NCBI GenBank assembly: GCA_951406725.2
Contig: OX597829.1
Coordinates: 14,942,001 to 15,006,000, forward strand
DNA from: Octopus vulgaris
Taxonomy: Eukaryota
DNA: 64,000 nucleotides
Reading direction: 5' to 3'
In this document: piece by piece, positions 59,700 to 64,000 of the stretch
Numbering within the stretch: position 1 is the first letter of the stretch
How the letters are laid out: each line of letters opens with the position of its first letter
The notes under the pieces: model-generated
What the model was told of the DNA's origin: nothing
What the model saw: the letters and a program-made list of their open reading frames with translations, nothing else
Database searches by the model: none
Program-made: the position numbers and the translations under genes

Positions 59700-60450
59700 C
59701 AATAACACTACTCTATGGCTACAACTTAGAAACGAAGAAATAGCAATCACTTCTTTTGTATGGATGACTTTAAATTTCCAATATTACATTGGAAATGTCA
59801 CAAAGAATTAGTGCTTCAAAGAGCGAGTATCCCAATGGATTGTATAGTTAAAAGCGACGTATTCTAAAATCTAGAATGGTGCTTATAGCATAAGCTTTGA
59901 TATTACTTGTGGATAAGACGGAATGTACCAAAAATTAGCATATATTAAAAAGTAGAGTGTATCAAAAAGTGACGTCTAGCAGGAAGCAAAATCTACCAAA
60001 AGGTAGAACGAATTGCTAGAACTGACATTTACCAAAACGTGGCATATTACAAAAAATTGCAAAGAATGCAAAGAGATTTAAAGATACCTAAATGATGGCA
60101 TAAACCAAAGAGCGTTGTATTCCAAAAGAGGAAAAAGATAGCGTGGGTGGTGGAGTATCTGAAATTTAAAAGATTCATAATTCGAAGTATTTGAGACTAA
60201 ACGGGAAGTTAACCGGAAGGAACTTCACATTTTATTTAGATGTACCAGAATATGACCGTACTGCTAAATGATGTTAGTATTTAACATGTGATTAATGAGA
60301 AGTAAAACCAATTCTAAAGCTTCTACTGCTCCAATTGTCATATGTTCTCCATAATAAACTGGATATTAATGAAGGAAACGGAAAGAGAATTCCATACAAA
60401 ACCAGGAAACTGCAACTGGTCTATAAACTACTTCAGCCAATGCAGTGGTA
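59700..60450 (+). mobile_element. Highly decayed R4/Dong-like RT relic
   Basis: Weak residual similarity to RT motifs seen in the 49570 element; follows TAA-rich repeats. Confidence 0.4.
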
Positions 60451-60479
60451 GTGAGGAGTAAATGAAGAAGGTAAAATCT

Positions 60480-61060
60480 ATTGCAATCCGGAGTCAAATG
60501 CTGAGTAGCATTTCTTTTGCCTCTTTACATTCTGAGTTCAAATCACATCGGAGGATTTGAACTAAGAACGTAAATAGTCGGAAGATTTGTTTTTCATCAT
60601 ATCGGGGTCAATAAAATAAGTAATAGTCAAGTACAGAAGCCTTTCTAATCGACTTGCCTTTACATTCAACATTGCTGGCTTTGTTCCCAAATTATATACA
60701 AAGCTGGAAGAAATGTTAGAACGTTAGAATAAATGACTTACGGTATGTGTTCCGTCACGCTGGGCAAAATGCTTAGCGGTATTTCGTCTGCCGTTACGTT
60801 CTGAGTTCAAATTCCGCCGAGGTCGACTTTGCCTTTCATCCTTTCGGGGTCGATTAAATAAGTACCAGTTACGCACTGGGGTTGATATAATCGATTTAAT
60901 CCGTATGTCTGTCCTTGTTTGTCCTTTCTCTGTTTAGCCGCTTTTGGGTAGCAAAGAGATAGATATGTGTTCCGTCACTTTATGTTCATAGTTCAAATCC
61001 TGCCGAAGATGACTCAGCCTTTTTTTCTATCAGGGTTGATAAAATGAAATACCAGTCAAA
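60480..61060 (+). mobile_element. Cluster of SINE family B: a young copy (60759-60963) nested in an old copy, plus an upstream old copy
   Basis: TSD TATGTGTTCCGTCAC at 60744-58 and 60964-78. Confidence 0.85.
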
Positions 61061-61299
61061 AAGCATTGCATGGGCTTCAGAGTACTTGAATTTTATCACT
61101 TTTCTCTTGCAATTACGACAAAGTCTCAAAGAAAAATTGCTGAAAATTTTCAAAATGAAAGGTGCTGTTATTGATACACATTGTTCTCTTTAGGAAGAAC
61201 AAATTGTGGTAGTGGTAGTTTGGTCATTAAGAAAACTAAGTTTATAAGCGCTCCTCTGTATCTGTTTCTAGTTTTATCTGTAGATAAATTGTTGAACGT

Positions 61300-61518
61300 T
61301 ACTTACACTATTTGCATTTGACGGGTGTTTGTCCTCATCTTGTTTGTTGTTAACATAATGTTTCGGCTGATATACCCTCTAGCCTTCATCAGGTGCCTTG
61401 GGGAAATTTCGAATCTGGGTTCTCATTCGTAAGTTGTTTTTCAATGTTATCATTATTATTATTATTATTATTGCTGTTATTATTCTGGTCATAGCCAGGA
61501 ATCGATTCCAGGCTGTGA

Positions 61519-61530
<12 letters not shown>
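61300..61530 (-). mobile_element. HHR-bearing element with palindromic B-box-like end
   Basis: Minus strand 61352-61397: GGCAC CTGATGA A GGCT..AGCC GAAA CATT ATGTT; palindrome centred at 61503/61504 containing TCGATTCC. Confidence 0.6.
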
Positions 61531-61604
<74 letters not shown>

Positions 61605-61629
61605 TAGTAATAATAATGATAATAATTCT

Positions 61630-62690
61630 TCATCTCCTAAATATTTCTCATCTCTTAAATATAAAACTATAAATTATTGTAGACGGTATCGTTAGACCGT
61701 CCCAACATTTGATTTTGGCTCTCTTCAAGACTAATACACTACTCTTTTTCAGTCTGAACTCCATTCTGATATCAGCGCTGAAGGTATATATCGCATCAAC
61801 GAGGCTTCATCTTTACCATAAAGTTTGAGATCATCCATGAATAACGAATGGTATTGTGCCTACTAAAAGTTTGTTCACTTTTTGCGAATTTTAAAAATAA
61901 TTGTGAGAAATGCTGTTTTGAGGGAGTGCCTGGCCTCCGAAGATTGAACGACTTGTATACCAGTTTTTATGGAAGTTGTGTTCCGGGTTCAACCTTGGCC
62001 GGGAGTACCTATTGGCCAGAAGACTTCTAAACTTTTTTGCTTTTCATTTTTCGTGAATTGCTTTCCTTTTCTTCTCCGCATTTAACTGCGACTTTCTTTT
62101 GATTTGTTTTTTATTCTCTCTTTTTAGGTTTTATTTTGAACTATTTTCAAACTGTTTAAAAAGAACATGGCAATGAAGAAAAGACAATGTTTTGGAGTGG
62201 GAAATAATACCACCCAAACAGTTATTGAAGGACCGTCAAGATAGGACTGTGGTGTTGTGGACCTATCACCCTATTCGAAAAGACCGTAATTGAAAGTGAG
62301 TTGGCATAGTATTTGCCAACAGTTACACTCATTTCCAGGGGTGTCAAAAACACAACGGTGTGAAGAGGTTCACAAATTTGCACCCGCGTGGGGGATGGCG
62401 GAGGATGAGGACACAAGCGATGTTAAGGATAAGAGGGTGAAAAGCCTCAGTTTTATTGAAAGTTCCTTTTGTTATTGAATATTGCGAACAGTGTAGAGGT
62501 TTGTTACCTCATGAACAATATACAAGATATCAATGTCCTCGGGAAAAATCGATCGGCGGGCATCGTTTTTTTCTCCCATTAATCATCATTTTCATTTTCA
62601 TTTCATATAACATTATGTCTACGTCTAGTCCGCAGCTTCCTTTCTCTGTGTGAGGCCTTATGGCCAATATGATGAAAATTAGAAGCTTAA
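61630..62690 (-). mobile_element. Decayed R4/Dong-like element (5' region plus RT fragment)
   Basis: Minus strand FMDDLKL at about 61821-61841; internal deletions. Confidence 0.55.
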
Positions 62691-63047
62691 TTCCCAAGCT
62701 TGCTGCTCACTGCGTGGCACCTTGGGAGAGTTTTTTCTACTATAGCCACGGGTCGACCATAGCTTTGTGAGTAGATTTTGTAGACGGAAACTGAAAGAAT
62801 CCCGTCGTAAGTATGTGTGTGTTTTATGTTTGTGTCCTTGTATCTGTATTTGTTCTGCATCACGGCTTGGCGACCGATGTTGGTGTGCTTACGCCCCCGT
62901 AACTTAACTGTACGGCAAAATAAGACCGATAGAATAAGTACGAGACTTTAAAGACTACGTCCTGGGGTCGATTTGTTCGACTAAAACCATTCAAGATGGT
63001 AGCGTAGCATAGCCGCACTCAAAAGACTGAAACAAGTAAAAGATAAA
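62690..63047 (+). mobile_element. SINE family A, 5'-truncated
   Basis: CACTGCGTGGCACCTTGGG...CTGAAACAAGTAAAAGA. Confidence 0.85.
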
Positions 63048-63059
63048 ATATAATCAGTT

Positions 63060-63760
63060 TTTCTATTTTCTAGTCTCACAGTTGTTGGATTGTAGTAAAT
63101 TACTATTTATATTATGTTCAGTCCTCCGTGTAAGGGGGGATAGCTTATATTCTGTCTATGTAGGCATTAAGGCCGTGGTTTCAGAACGCTGTTACCTGTG
63201 TTTGCAGCTTTCTTTTCCCATAAATATCTTCTTCAATTCATTTAATTATCCGTTTATTATGTCGAATTTGTAATTGAATCATTGAGAAGGCTAATATGTT
63301 TATGAAAGCTATAATCTTATAATGTATTATCTGATTTCTAACATTGTGTTCCACATTTAATATTAATCAAAATCTTTTGTTAATTTCTACTTCGTTTCCG
63401 TGTTTTGTACTTTATCAGTTTTACCTACTTCTTTGGGTGTCTCTGTTCTAATTCTCTGATTTCAATGTCTGGATTTTATTTATTAGCTTCTGTATAATTA
63501 ATCCTTTTGCTATTTACTGTAGCTTTTCCACATTGGTTTCATCGCATGCTCTTGTATGTATCTTAGTTTAATTCATGAACAAATTCTAAGTATATTTCCA
63601 TCGTTTATAGTTGATAGGTTGTTTGTCATACTTATAACTATAAGATATAAAATAGTTTACTGAGTGTCTTTGAAAAGCCTTTAATTATAAGAGGAATTTT
63701 TGGTTCATTGTTAAAATGTATCCTTGCGTTAGGGTCTCAAAAATTTTTTCAGACGTATTA
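63060..63760 (-). mobile_element. Probable Dong-like ORF N-terminal relic adjoining (ATT)n
   Basis: Purine-rich minus strand with a KQR..TA-like segment paralleling 53430; abuts an ATT tract. Confidence 0.35.
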
Positions 63761-63818
63761 TTACTATTATTATTATTATCCTTCAGCAGTTTTATTTTTA
63801 TAACGTGCTTTATTATTA

Positions 63819-63895
<77 letters not shown>

Positions 63896-63913
63896 GTTCT
63901 TCTTCTTCTTCTT

Positions 63914-64000
<87 letters not shown>

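Overview
AT-rich, microsatellite-saturated eukaryotic intergenic or intronic DNA with no credible host protein-coding exon. Nearly all listed ORFs are translations of (TA)n, (CA)n, (TATG)n, (TAA)n, (TAG)n, (GAA)n or (TCTA)n tracts. The SINE repertoire resembles octopus (cephalopod) genomes, which is an inference from recalled families. Recognisable content: three tRNA-derived SINE families (about 35 copies); decayed R4/Dong-like, CR1-like and RTE-like LINEs; Tc1 (DD34E) and DD37D maT-like transposase relics; a Helitron relic with an N-terminal OTU domain; a Merlin-like MITE with internal telomeric repeats; and one 5S rRNA-like copy. The most notable unexplained signal is a set of at least 7 unrelated short non-coding elements with minimal type-I hammerhead ribozyme motifs (CUGANGA...GAAA plus a palindromic stem III). 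Most are in or near long fold-back inverted repeats that start at microsatellites. The same inverted-end architecture encloses the 5S copy and a tRNA B-box-like head. This suggests a diverse population of Penelope-mobilised, retrozyme-like or Pol III-headed non-autonomous elements. All alignments and folds were done by eye, and most boundaries are approximate.
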